64,000 bases of DNA. Origin: an uncultured Candidatus Saccharibacteria bacterium (GTDB lineage: Bacteria > Patescibacteriota > Dojkabacteria > SC72). The stretch spans positions 15,338-79,337 of the forward strand of contig CAZZPP010000004.1 of the NCBI GenBank assembly GCA_964655705.1, given 5' to 3'. The number at the start of each line of letters is the position of its first letter. The stretch's first letter is position 1. The notes under the pieces are model-generated. The model worked only from the letters and a program-made list of their open reading frames with translations. It was not told where the DNA came from and ran no database searches. A program made the translations under genes and the position numbers. Positions 38,095 through 47,442 of this stretch are shown here, in pieces.

Positions 38095-38727
38095 ATGGGT
38101 ACATTAGAAAATAGCGAGAGAAAAGTTGAATATGTTAAGATGGTTAAACAGGGACCAAACAAGAAGTCAGAGATGATTTTTACTGGCCTTACATATATAG
38201 CGGCTGTTTTACTAATAGCATTAGCTATTGTTCCTACAATTAAAACAGTTCGTGGTATAGATAATGAGATTAAGGAGAAAGAAAGAGTTTCGGCTGCTTT
38301 AAAGAGTAAATTACAGGCTTTAACAAGTTTAGATGGTCAATACAATAGTAATAAGGATGCCTTTGAGGATATTACCTTAATATTTCCAACCAACGAGAAT
38401 TTCAGTCTTCTTTTAGCCAATATTGATCCAATTGTTACAAGAAATGGTTTTGTTCTTAAGAATCTCTCTTTCTCTGAGATTAAAAATTCTTCAAAAGGGG
38501 ATAGCTATTCAGTTAGTACGAAGGTTTTAGTACCATATTCAGTACGATTAAGTGTAGATGGAAACAGATCGAATCTAATACCTTTTCTTAAAGCGTTAGA
38601 GGTTTTGCCTATGTATCCTGTGGTTGAAGGAATATCTTACAGTGGAGATGTGTTAGAAGATGGTTCTACTAGTTATTCAATTACCATCAGGGTGTACCAA
38701 ATTGAGGATGTAAACTTTTATAATTAA
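38095..38727 (+). CDS. PilO-like bitopic protein
   Basis: 210 aa; TM near residue 30-50, coiled-coil then globular domain; start 1 nt after pilN stop. Confidence 0.45.
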   Translation: MGTLENSERKVEYVKMVKQGPNKKSEMIFTGLTYIAAVLLIALAIVPTIKTVRGIDNEIKEKERVSAALKSKLQALTSLDGQYNSNKDAFEDITLIFPTNENFSLLLANIDPIVTRNGFVLKNLSFSEIKNSSKGDSYSVSTKVLVPYSVRLSVDGNRSNLIPFLKALEVLPMYPVVEGISYSGDVLEDGSTSYSITIRVYQIEDVNFYN

Positions 38728-38730
38728 AGT

Positions 38731-38985
38731 ATGGAGATATTTAGAAAATATTTTTTTGTAATCCTTTTAGCTATTATCATAGCAATAGTGTGGGGAGGTG
38801 TATTGATATATTCTAAGAGATCTTTTTCAACAATGAATGATAATGCTAAACAATATACTGAGCCTCTTAATCCTACCTTTGATGATGAGGTATTAAATGA
38901 TGTGTCAAAAAGAATAGATAGTGAGTATGCAATTCCTCCTAGTTCATTCTTTGATATGGAGAAGGATCAAGAAAGTAGTAATTAA
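38731..38985 (+). CDS. Small bitopic membrane protein, third gene of the pilN/pilO operon
   Basis: 84 aa, one N-terminal TM, acidic tail. Confidence 0.4.
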   Translation: MEIFRKYFFVILLAIIIAIVWGGVLIYSKRSFSTMNDNAKQYTEPLNPTFDDEVLNDVSKRIDSEYAIPPSSFFDMEKDQESSN

Positions 38986-40067
38986 GTATTTATATAGTCA
39001 TCTAATTTCTTTTCTGAGGATTTTTCTTTTAGTTTCTTAAGTGCTTTAGCCTCTATTTGCCTTATTCTTTCTCTTGTTACCCCAAACTCTCTTCCTACTT
39101 CTTCTAAGGTTCTAGTAACACCATCTGTAAGACCAAATCTCAAAGAAAGGACCTTTCTTTCTCTGTCTTGTAATGAATCTAATATATCCTTAAGTTGATT
39201 TTTTAGATATTCAGAAGTAGCAAAATCCTCTGGGCTTTGTGACCATTCATCAGGTAGGATATCTTGAAGTTTAGAATCCTTTTCATCGCCAATTGGAGTC
39301 GCAAGTGAAGAGGGATTCTGCTTAATCTTTCTAATCTCTGCAATCTTTTCAAGTTCAATATCCATCTCTTTTGCTATCTCTTCATCAGTAGGTTGTCTTC
39401 CCAATCTAGTAGTTAAGGTCCCATTTACCTTGTTAAATTTGTTAATGGTTTCAATCATATGTACAGGGACACGTATAGTTCTAGCTTGGTCAGCTATGGC
39501 TCTAGTTATAGCTTGTCTGATCCACCATGTCGCATAGGTAGAGAATTTAAAGCCCTTGTGATAGTCAAATTTCTCAACAGCTCTCATTAGGCCAATATTA
39601 CCCTCCTGAATCAAATCTAAGAGCTCTAGACCACTCTTACTATACTTTTTAGCAATACTAACTACTAATCTAAGATTAGCAGTAATTAGAAGCTGTCCAG
39701 CCTCTTTATCTCCATTCTCAATCCTTTTAGCAAGAATAACCTCTTCCTCTCCTGTTAAAAGGGGAATTTTTCCTATTTCGAAAAGATATGACCTTATCGC
39801 ATCTGTAGACAGGCTTGATTGTATGGTTTTAAGAATCCTAATCTTTTTCTCTAAGGTTAAATCCTCATTCCCTGTAGTTACATCCTCCTCTGGTTCTAGT
39901 ACCTCTACTTCGTTATCCTGTAACTCCTTAAAGATATCATCTAAAAGAACAATATCCTCTTCAATAGTTGGGAATACCTCTAATATATCCTCTTGAGAAA
40001 GAAATCCCTGTTCCTTTCCCTTCTTAACTAATTCTGCAATATATTTAGATTTAGTTGAGTTACTCAT
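38982..40067 (-). CDS. rpoD: RNA polymerase primary sigma factor (sigma-70 family)
   Basis: Regions 2-4 recognisable: [40 protein letters not shown]; region 4 HTH near C-terminus. Confidence 0.9.
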   Translation of the reverse strand: MSNSTKSKYIAELVKKGKEQGFLSQEDILEVFPTIEEDIVLLDDIFKELQDNEVEVLEPEEDVTTGNEDLTLEKKIRILKTIQSSLSTDAIRSYLFEIGKIPLLTGEEEVILAKRIENGDKEAGQLLITANLRLVVSIAKKYSKSGLELLDLIQEGNIGLMRAVEKFDYHKGFKFSTYATWWIRQAITRAIADQARTIRVPVHMIETINKFNKVNGTLTTRLGRQPTDEEIAKEMDIELEKIAEIRKIKQNPSSLATPIGDEKDSKLQDILPDEWSQSPEDFATSEYLKNQLKDILDSLQDRERKVLSLRFGLTDGVTRTLEEVGREFGVTRERIRQIEAKALKKLKEKSSEKKLDDYINT

Positions 40068-40094
40068 AGAATTGATATGGTATAATTTTATATT

Positions 40095-40439
40095 ATGGTA
40101 AAAGTACTTAACAAAAACAATTTAGATGAAAAGAAACAATTCTTTATTGATACAATCGCTAAATTTTGTGATAAATGTGGCCAACCTTATACAAAGGATG
40201 ATTTAGAAATAATTCAGGACACGAACATATCGAGTATTATACACTTTTCTTGCTCAAATTGTAAATCTAATCACATAGCAACATATTTCAAACCAATTGG
40301 ATTAAGTAACAGAATGCCAATTAATACAGATCTAGAAATAGAAGAAATTGGGAAATATGCATCAATGAATGAAACATCAGTGGAAGAAATCTTAGATTTA
40401 TACCTCCATCTCAAGGGTAATCCAGGAGTAACTATATAA
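40095..40439 (+). CDS. Small zinc-ribbon protein (C-x2-C...C-x2-C), unknown function
   Basis: CDKCGQPYT ... CSNCKSNH; divergent from rpoD. Confidence 0.45.
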   Translation: MVKVLNKNNLDEKKQFFIDTIAKFCDKCGQPYTKDDLEIIQDTNISSIIHFSCSNCKSNHIATYFKPIGLSNRMPINTDLEIEEIGKYASMNETSVEEILDLYLHLKGNPGVTI

Positions 40440-43424
40440 CTATCTTTGCCAAGACAGGAAGAAATGTTCGTCAGAGGAGAGTTCAAACCTCCTGTTTACA
40501 TTATTTTCAATTCTAGTTAATCCTTCGCTACTTTCAATAATCCAATCTTCTGGATAGCTTAGAGAGAAGTTATATGCGTCCTTTCTACTCCCTGGCTGTT
40601 TAAATATATCAATATCCATTTCATAGTGAGTATCAGTTTTTTGTATTAGGAAGTTTGTATCTGAATTCCCCTTGTTAATATTGTATTTTACTTCAAGAGT
40701 TAATGTCTCTTTGATTGGAATATTAAACCATCCAGCTACTACCTTAAAGCCATCTTCCTCATACACATCATATTGATTATCAGTCATTCCCCTTATTCCC
40801 GTAACTTGAGCATCAAAAGGTATGTATATTCTAATATAGTTTGTATACTCACCCTGGGGATATTCATCCTTAGTTGAGTCATTTTGTATTGCTATTTGAT
40901 ATGTATAGTCAATTGTGGATTCATCTTTTACGGATATATTTAATATGTGATTCTTTTTGATATATAGGTTTGCTTTGTTTACTCCCCAGTTCCAATCAAT
41001 ATTAATTGGGGAACTTAAAAATTTTGCATCTAAGTTAGTAATCCACCCACTGTCATCGATATATGCTTTAGCAAGGCTGTTTTTAAATGTAAATAGGATA
41101 TGTTTCTCATCTATTGACTCTTCAATTGTCTGATACAGATCATCGTTTTCAGTTAACGTAGTTGAAAAGATTTTAGTAATTACAGAATTGAAAAAGTCTG
41201 TTAAGAAAACAGAACCTCTACTATCAGTGGGGGATTGAGCAGAAGAATCCTCTATGATATTTGCATAGAGATTTTCAGATGTAATTAAAGCACTCTCTCC
41301 TGGTACCTCTATTCCTCCCCACCTATCAATTAATCTTTGTATGAAGACTGTATCTAATGTCACTATTCCATCTAAAGACTCTCCTTTACCTAGGTCATAG
41401 ATATATTGTTCAGAGGAGAGTAATACGCTTTCTAAGTTAGGATTCCAATTAACTAGTGGAAAAGAGAAAGCAGATCCTTTTAGAGCTCTTAACATGGAAT
41501 TTGGTGTCTTGTATACATTACTCTTTAATCTTAAAAGCGCTTGTGCATTGTAAATATCATCTACAAAAAGTTCAACTATTTGTCCATCCTCTATGGCTAC
41601 TACTGCATAGTTAGAAATCCATCCTCCAGTACTACGTATCTCTCCATTATCTTGAAGAAGAATTAAGTATCTTTTTCTTTCATTTAGACCTAGGATATCT
41701 GGTAGAAACTCAGAGACTTTCTCCAAGGGTTTAACAGTATCATATATCTTTGTTACAAGTTCTTGATATTCATAGATGGTGTCTCTTAAAGAGTTAGGAT
41801 ATTTTCTAGTGTCTGCTGTAGAGATGAGATTTTGGGCTAGAGAGATCTTGTATACTCCTTCTCTCAAAAGATATCTATTTGTATCCATTGCTTCTAGATA
41901 TTGGCTATACTCTTTCCTGTTGCTATCATCATTTACAGAGGGTTGGAAATCTCGGATATATTCTCCTAAGGGTCTAAGGCCCACAACTAGATTTTCTCCA
42001 CTTTCTGCAATATATTTAGTACCTTGGATAATCTGATACAGGTTTGTATATTCATCTTGTATATTCCCAAGTTGGAAAATCCAGTACAGTTTGTTAAAGT
42101 TATCTTCTACTCTGGTAATGTTTGTAGAAAGAGATCTAGTATTTTTCTCAATTTCATCAAAATCAAGTTCAGACACCGAAGTCGTTAACTTCTTTCCCTG
42201 TTTATATACAATTAATCCACCTAAAGAGACACCAATTATTGGGGCAATTAGGTAGTAGATTAGTAAAAGAAAGAGTATTCCAAGAAATATGTTTTTAAAT
42301 ATCTTGTAATAGTTAATCTCTTTGAAAAGTGACTTAGGGTCTTTCATCTTCTTAAAAGGTTTTAAAAGAGAGGATACAAGTACACCTAGTTTTGTTTTTG
42401 ACACACTACTTTGTTCAGTATGAGAATTTACTCTTTCTGTTTTGTCAATATCCCATCTCTTATCTGATTTCTCGTAATATGCTTGTACTTGTTCTATGGT
42501 GGACTCTTCTAATGTAACATTTTGTTTCCATCCATATACAGAGGCGTGAGGTGCAGGTACGTAAAGGTCTTGAAGTATGGTATTTTCATACTCTTTTTCA
42601 ACAAATTTAATAGCCTTTGCTTCAACATCTAATTCCAGGAGTTTGTATGCTATGGAGAGAGTAGAATACTCATTCTTGTTACACAGGGTAATTACCTCCC
42701 CCTTTGTTTCATCAGAGAATGTAAGTTTCAAAATCCCATATACTGCATCACTTTCATGAATTAGATTATGAATTTCTAGACCCTCTCCTTCAATATCAAT
42801 CTGATGTTTCGAAGTAGCATCGTAAAAGAGTTTGTTAAGGGTTAAATCCCTAATCTCATTAATACCTCTTCCTACAAGTGTACCAAGCCTAATTATCCTT
42901 AAATTAGCCTTGGTCTTGTCTACATACTCCGCAGAGAAATTCTCTCCATATCTTTGTAATTCTAGGGGAGAGTAGGAATTACTCTTACCCGATTGATCAT
43001 TATTGATGATATTAGAAAGTTCTCTATTTAACTTTAATGAGGTAATCAACGATATCTTAGCCTTATATTTATTTGCAGAGGTTAGACTCTGATTAAGGTA
43101 GTCTGTTTCAGAGAGAAAGTCTTTGCTATCAACACTCTTCCTATCTTGCACTTCCTCTCCTAGCATATAGTAGAGGTAGTCTATTCTTGCTATCTTTTCA
43201 TAGAATGCTTTAATCCCTTTAAAATCAATGAAACTTACTCTACCAGTTTTCTTAAGTTCAGTAAAATACTGTTTTGAAGTATTAGTATATTTATCAATGA
43301 TTACTACATGACTACCTTGTTCTAGCAAGGTTTTTGCTAAGAGAAAAGATATGTAGTTACCACCATGAACAATAACAGAAACTGGTACCTGTCCTTTAAT
43401 TTTACTTAAATCTTCTTTACTCAT
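40440..43424 (-). CDS. 994-aa fusion protein: cytoplasmic NAD(P)-binding Rossmann (SDR/epimerase-like) domain - TM - about 600-aa extracytoplasmic domain
   Basis: N-terminus VIVHGGNYISFLLAKTLLEQGSHVVIIDK (Rossmann GxxGxxG-like), TM LGILFLLLIYYLIAPIIGVSLGGLIV, long beta-rich C-terminal region. Confidence 0.55.
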   Translation of the reverse strand: MSKEDLSKIKGQVPVSVIVHGGNYISFLLAKTLLEQGSHVVIIDKYTNTSKQYFTELKKTGRVSFIDFKGIKAFYEKIARIDYLYYMLGEEVQDRKSVDSKDFLSETDYLNQSLTSANKYKAKISLITSLKLNRELSNIINNDQSGKSNSYSPLELQRYGENFSAEYVDKTKANLRIIRLGTLVGRGINEIRDLTLNKLFYDATSKHQIDIEGEGLEIHNLIHESDAVYGILKLTFSDETKGEVITLCNKNEYSTLSIAYKLLELDVEAKAIKFVEKEYENTILQDLYVPAPHASVYGWKQNVTLEESTIEQVQAYYEKSDKRWDIDKTERVNSHTEQSSVSKTKLGVLVSSLLKPFKKMKDPKSLFKEINYYKIFKNIFLGILFLLLIYYLIAPIIGVSLGGLIVYKQGKKLTTSVSELDFDEIEKNTRSLSTNITRVEDNFNKLYWIFQLGNIQDEYTNLYQIIQGTKYIAESGENLVVGLRPLGEYIRDFQPSVNDDSNRKEYSQYLEAMDTNRYLLREGVYKISLAQNLISTADTRKYPNSLRDTIYEYQELVTKIYDTVKPLEKVSEFLPDILGLNERKRYLILLQDNGEIRSTGGWISNYAVVAIEDGQIVELFVDDIYNAQALLRLKSNVYKTPNSMLRALKGSAFSFPLVNWNPNLESVLLSSEQYIYDLGKGESLDGIVTLDTVFIQRLIDRWGGIEVPGESALITSENLYANIIEDSSAQSPTDSRGSVFLTDFFNSVITKIFSTTLTENDDLYQTIEESIDEKHILFTFKNSLAKAYIDDSGWITNLDAKFLSSPINIDWNWGVNKANLYIKKNHILNISVKDESTIDYTYQIAIQNDSTKDEYPQGEYTNYIRIYIPFDAQVTGIRGMTDNQYDVYEEDGFKVVAGWFNIPIKETLTLEVKYNINKGNSDTNFLIQKTDTHYEMDIDIFKQPGSRKDAYNFSLSYPEDWIIESSEGLTRIENNVNRRFELSSDEHFFLSWQR

Positions 43425-44067
43425 TTTCCTGTTCTAATTCAAAAGTAATTGGTATTGGGAATTGATATACTTTAACATTTAGTATATGTCCCTCAACAAG
43501 AATAATTGGGAACTCCAAATCTTCAAAATCTTGCGTAACTACCTTAATATTATACTCTCCTTTTGGTAATGAAAGATTAGTAATCGGGGTAGTATCCTTG
43601 TATTCCTTGTTTATGTAAACCTTAGTTCCATCATTACTAGATGTTAAAGTTAATTTCCCATTTCCTTTCTCAACGGTATTCTCTTGTGTGTAGTAAAGAA
43701 GGAAGCCGTGAAGGGTGTCATCTGGCCCTATTTCCATATTTATTCTTGAGGTAGAGTTCTTAGTTAGTTCAATATTGAATATATGGGTTTTGTAAAAATC
43801 TTCTGTATCAGATTCCCTTGTTAACTTAACTTCATATTTACCTGCAACAAGGTTTGTAATGTTAGAGGGGGTATTTCCATAATCCTTGTTATCTATTTCT
43901 ACAAGAGCTTTACCATTAGGAGTAGTTATTTCTAAATTTGTGTTACGATAGAAGCCTTTTAGAATGGGAATATTCTTAGAGATATCTTTCAGCGGAAAGA
44001 AGAAAAAGAATATTGAAAGAGATATAACTAAAGATATTAAAATAATGGCAGTTTTTGGCTTTTTCAT
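43417..44067 (-). CDS. Secreted protein with two PEGA-like domains
   Basis: Signal anchor then ITTPNGKALVEIDNKDYGNTPSNITNLVAGKYEVKL and TSSNDGTKVYINKEYKDTTPITNLSLPKGEYNIKV repeats. Confidence 0.55.
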   Translation of the reverse strand: MKKPKTAIILISLVISLSIFFFFFPLKDISKNIPILKGFYRNTNLEITTPNGKALVEIDNKDYGNTPSNITNLVAGKYEVKLTRESDTEDFYKTHIFNIELTKNSTSRINMEIGPDDTLHGFLLYYTQENTVEKGNGKLTLTSSNDGTKVYINKEYKDTTPITNLSLPKGEYNIKVVTQDFEDLEFPIILVEGHILNVKVYQFPIPITFELEQENE

Positions 44068-44108
44068 ACACCTTTATTATATTGAAGGTAGTACTATTTG
44101 TCTAGGAA

Positions 44109-45317
44109 CTAGTAAGAGTACTTAGATTCTGGGGAGTGTTCCTTTTTAATTCCCTTTGTTCTTGCTCTGTAATTAATATATACAACAAAGCCTATTACAG
44201 CAGCAATTCCAAATATTAATGCAAAGTATCTAAGAGCTCCAGTAGAGAGAATTGCGAATGATCCAATTAAAAGTGAAACAGAGGTTTCAATCAAGAGAAT
44301 CTGTTTGTTTGAGAAGTTAAGTTTTAGTAACTGGTGATGTAGGTGTGAAGTATCATTTATTTTCATTAATTCGATCGGGTTTTTAGGCTTGTAAGTAATA
44401 TATCGATATATTATTACATAGATTGAATCAATAATTGGAAGTGCTAAAAGCATTATGGTAGTTGAGAACTTAACCCCACTTATCAATGCAAAAACGCTAA
44501 TCAAAAATCCATATACACTCTTCCCACTAGAACCTGACATAATTTTTTGAGGAGGGAATGCAAAGAACAGTAGGGATATTAATGATCCTGATATTAACAA
44601 TCCAAAAGTACTTGAAAAAAGAGAGAATGTCCTTATCCCAATTACAAAAAGTAGGAGAAAAATTGAGAGTGAGTACGATTCGACTAATCCAGGAGAACCT
44701 CCTACCCATTTAACGGAGTTAATACAAAGTAGTATCCATACCATTAAGATTAAGTCTCCAGGAAATACAAAAGAGATTGGAATTGAGAAGAGATCTGGAC
44801 TCCAGGTAAAACTACTTAGATTTAAGAAATCGTTAGTAAAGAAACTGACAAAGGAGAGATCTATTACCGAAAAAGCTATTATTCCTGCAGCTATTAATTG
44901 ATATCCAAGTTGTACCTTAGAGGGGAGATTATATATATCATCTAGCACTGCTCCTACAACTAATACTAATATACTGAGTAATATTGGTATTGTAAAAGAA
45001 TCTAATCTGAAGAATAGGAGTATTCCAATTATCAGAGGTATGGCAATAGCTAATCCCCCTAATGCAGGTGTTTCTCTATCATGGATAGCCTTTTGGGGAT
45101 TGTCATACTCTCTGTTTTTTCTTTTGCTTCTTGGTTTGTATGTAATTCCATATTTTGTTGCTATACCTCCAATTACAGGAATAATTAAGAATGAAAATAT
45201 TAATCCGAAGAGTAGTACTGGCCAATAATTTAAATACTTTGCATACTCTGAGGATATATTTAGAGTTCCTATTTTTAGAATACTTTCCAATATGTTATTT
45301 GGTATAGATATATCCAT
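44109..45317 (-). CDS. Polyprenyl-phosphate sugar-1-phosphate transferase family (MraY/WecA/TagO-like) membrane enzyme
   Basis: VVGAVLDDIYNL (DDxxxL motif) and SHLHHQLL (HHH-like motif), 10-11 TM helices; the DGLDGL-equivalent motif is diverged (VGGSPGLV). Confidence 0.6.
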   Translation of the reverse strand: MDISIPNNILESILKIGTLNISSEYAKYLNYWPVLLFGLIFSFLIIPVIGGIATKYGITYKPRSKRKNREYDNPQKAIHDRETPALGGLAIAIPLIIGILLFFRLDSFTIPILLSILVLVVGAVLDDIYNLPSKVQLGYQLIAAGIIAFSVIDLSFVSFFTNDFLNLSSFTWSPDLFSIPISFVFPGDLILMVWILLCINSVKWVGGSPGLVESYSLSIFLLLFVIGIRTFSLFSSTFGLLISGSLISLLFFAFPPQKIMSGSSGKSVYGFLISVFALISGVKFSTTIMLLALPIIDSIYVIIYRYITYKPKNPIELMKINDTSHLHHQLLKLNFSNKQILLIETSVSLLIGSFAILSTGALRYFALIFGIAAVIGFVVYINYRARTKGIKKEHSPESKYSY

Positions 45318-45318
45318 T

Positions 45319-45765
45319 TTAAAAAGTAATTGATAATTTTAAAAATATTAAACATAGAGAGACATTTGCTAAAAGGCATACAATTGAAAGTATTTTAGAA
45401 AGTTCTCTCTCCTTGTGATAGTACCTGTTTGAAAGATATATTGTAGAGAAGAGAATAAGTAAGCACATAAGGGGTAACAGGTAGATATATTCATCATATA
45501 CCAATCTTTTTGATGGATTAAGAAAGTAATTAAAAAGAGGAACCTTTTGAGGTATCATGCTTTCTGTCTCTATTAAATATACCTGTGTAATGATTAAAGA
45601 AAGTGATGTAATTATGGTAAACCACGTTAAGGGATCTTTAATATATTTCTTAGTTTCTAATCCTTCGAGCCATAATTCATACTGTTCCTTGTACTTGTAA
45701 TATATGTTTTTAGGAGCATTGTGCAAATTAAGGTCCAACTGCTTCTCTTTCTTCTTTTTCTCCAT
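45319..45765 (-). CDS. Small membrane protein (3 TM), unknown
   Basis: 148 aa hydrophobic ORF tightly packed between neighbours. Confidence 0.4.
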   Translation of the reverse strand: MEKKKKEKQLDLNLHNAPKNIYYKYKEQYELWLEGLETKKYIKDPLTWFTIITSLSLIITQVYLIETESMIPQKVPLFNYFLNPSKRLVYDEYIYLLPLMCLLILFSTIYLSNRYYHKERELSKILSIVCLLANVSLCLIFLKLSITF

Positions 45766-45786
45766 AACAGTAATTATATCAAAAGA

Positions 45787-46515
45787 CTAGAGCAAATATT
45801 CATATATTTTGATATATTCTTCTAAACCAAGATCTGCGGGTCTAAGATTACGATGTTCATCAGCCCATTTTTCAAATCTTGTCCCTTTAAGATTGTTCCC
45901 TAGTGTTTTTCTTGGTTGTTTGAAAGAGGTATTAATTAATTCTTCAAGGAGTTTGGTATTTACTAATTCTTTTCTGCTTGGCAAAAAGGATATTAAACTA
46001 CTTGTTACGTTAGGTTTAGGTTTAAATGATTGCGGAGATATGTCTAAAATCTTTTTACTTTGTGCATAGATTGATGTTGTAAGAGAAAGTGCAGAGTAAG
46101 GCCTCCGGTATAGATATTTTTGAGCTACCTCTTTCTGAACAATAAAGAGAGATTCTTTGGTAAAGCAAGCATTTTGGATTACTTTTTTAATAATGGGTTT
46201 TGATACATTAAAAGGAAGAGATCCAAAAAAACAAGTTTCTTCTTTTACAATACTTTCAATATCAATATCTAGGAAATCCTTTTTAATTACAGTAATTTGT
46301 GGGAATTGAGTCTCCAATCTTTCTGCAAGTGTATAATCTTTCTCAACAACAATTACATTTTTAAAATTTTTAGCTAATATCTCTGTAAAAAAACCCATAC
46401 CTGGACCGATCTCAATTACAGACTCACAATCAACATCTGAAATTAGGTTTGATATATGTTTACCTAGATTCTCGTTAACAAAGAAATTTTGACCCAGAGA
46501 CCTTTTTGCTTTCAT
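45787..46515 (-). CDS. rsmA: 16S rRNA (adenine1518/1519-N6) dimethyltransferase
   Basis: SLGQNFFVNENLGKHI...VIEIGPGMGFFT: KsgA/RsmA signature. Confidence 0.85.
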   Translation of the reverse strand: MKAKRSLGQNFFVNENLGKHISNLISDVDCESVIEIGPGMGFFTEILAKNFKNVIVVEKDYTLAERLETQFPQITVIKKDFLDIDIESIVKEETCFFGSLPFNVSKPIIKKVIQNACFTKESLFIVQKEVAQKYLYRRPYSALSLTTSIYAQSKKILDISPQSFKPKPNVTSSLISFLPSRKELVNTKLLEELINTSFKQPRKTLGNNLKGTRFEKWADEHRNLRPADLGLEEYIKIYEYLL

Positions 46516-47442
46516 CTATATTCTAAAATCCCAAATATTTTCTTTCTTAAGATACTCTGTCTTACACTCCTTACATACGGCTTTTTTCTCATCTATTTTT
46601 AACTCTCCCTTACACTTGGGACACAACAAGATATCATTTAGAGTATTAAACTTCTTTGGATTTACATTTTCTTTCTTTACTTCTGCCATTACAAAGATAC
46701 TAGGTGCAATGTTTGCCCAAGAAAGAGTTCTTTGAAAGATGTTCTCCCCAAAAAGAAGAGTTTTACAATCTAGGAATTTTTTAAGGAAGTTAATTCGTAA
46801 AAATGAACAACCATATTTCACTTTAATATCTAAATTGTTTTCTTTAAAGAGCTCATATATATATCTTGGATGGTAGTTGAGAAAAAGTACCTTAGATCCT
46901 TCCTTTGTACCTTCGTAGTTATGTTTGTCTGGTTGTTGATATACCGATCTATTGAAAAAAGACAGATTAAAAGTGAGTAGCGCACGTATAACTGCCTTAA
47001 TATGTACTTTGTTTGCATACTCCTGAATATATATTCCTCCGCTATTAATGATTCTTGATATCTCCTTGGTATATTTCTTTTGCTCCTGAATATGATGTAG
47101 AACCCTAACCATCAATCCAGCCTCAAATGTATTGTTTCTAAAGGGTAAGAAGTAAGCATTAGCAGCAATTAACTGTATATCTGGAAAATCTCTTTTTAAT
47201 CTAGAATAGTTTTTTTGTAATGTTTTTAATGAGTAATCAACTATGACGGGATTTGAGTATTTTTTGTAATACAGTCCTGTTAATCTCCCAAATGAACCCC
47301 CAATATCTACAAACCATTCACCTTCTTTGTTTTTAAGTAATTTCTCTAAAACTAATACCTCAGATTTATGCTCGTACTCTCTTTTACCCCAGTATGTTGA
47401 GTAATCATAGTCATAGGTGTCATAATCCGCTATTTTGTTCAT
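46516..47442 (-). CDS. Class I SAM-dependent methyltransferase with C-terminal Trm112-like zinc ribbon
   Basis: WFVDIGGSFGRLTGLY (motif I), C-terminal CPKCKGELKIDEKKAVCKECKTEY. Confidence 0.55.
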   Translation of the reverse strand: MNKIADYDTYDYDYSTYWGKREYEHKSEVLVLEKLLKNKEGEWFVDIGGSFGRLTGLYYKKYSNPVIVDYSLKTLQKNYSRLKRDFPDIQLIAANAYFLPFRNNTFEAGLMVRVLHHIQEQKKYTKEISRIINSGGIYIQEYANKVHIKAVIRALLTFNLSFFNRSVYQQPDKHNYEGTKEGSKVLFLNYHPRYIYELFKENNLDIKVKYGCSFLRINFLKKFLDCKTLLFGENIFQRTLSWANIAPSIFVMAEVKKENVNPKKFNTLNDILLCPKCKGELKIDEKKAVCKECKTEYLKKENIWDFRI

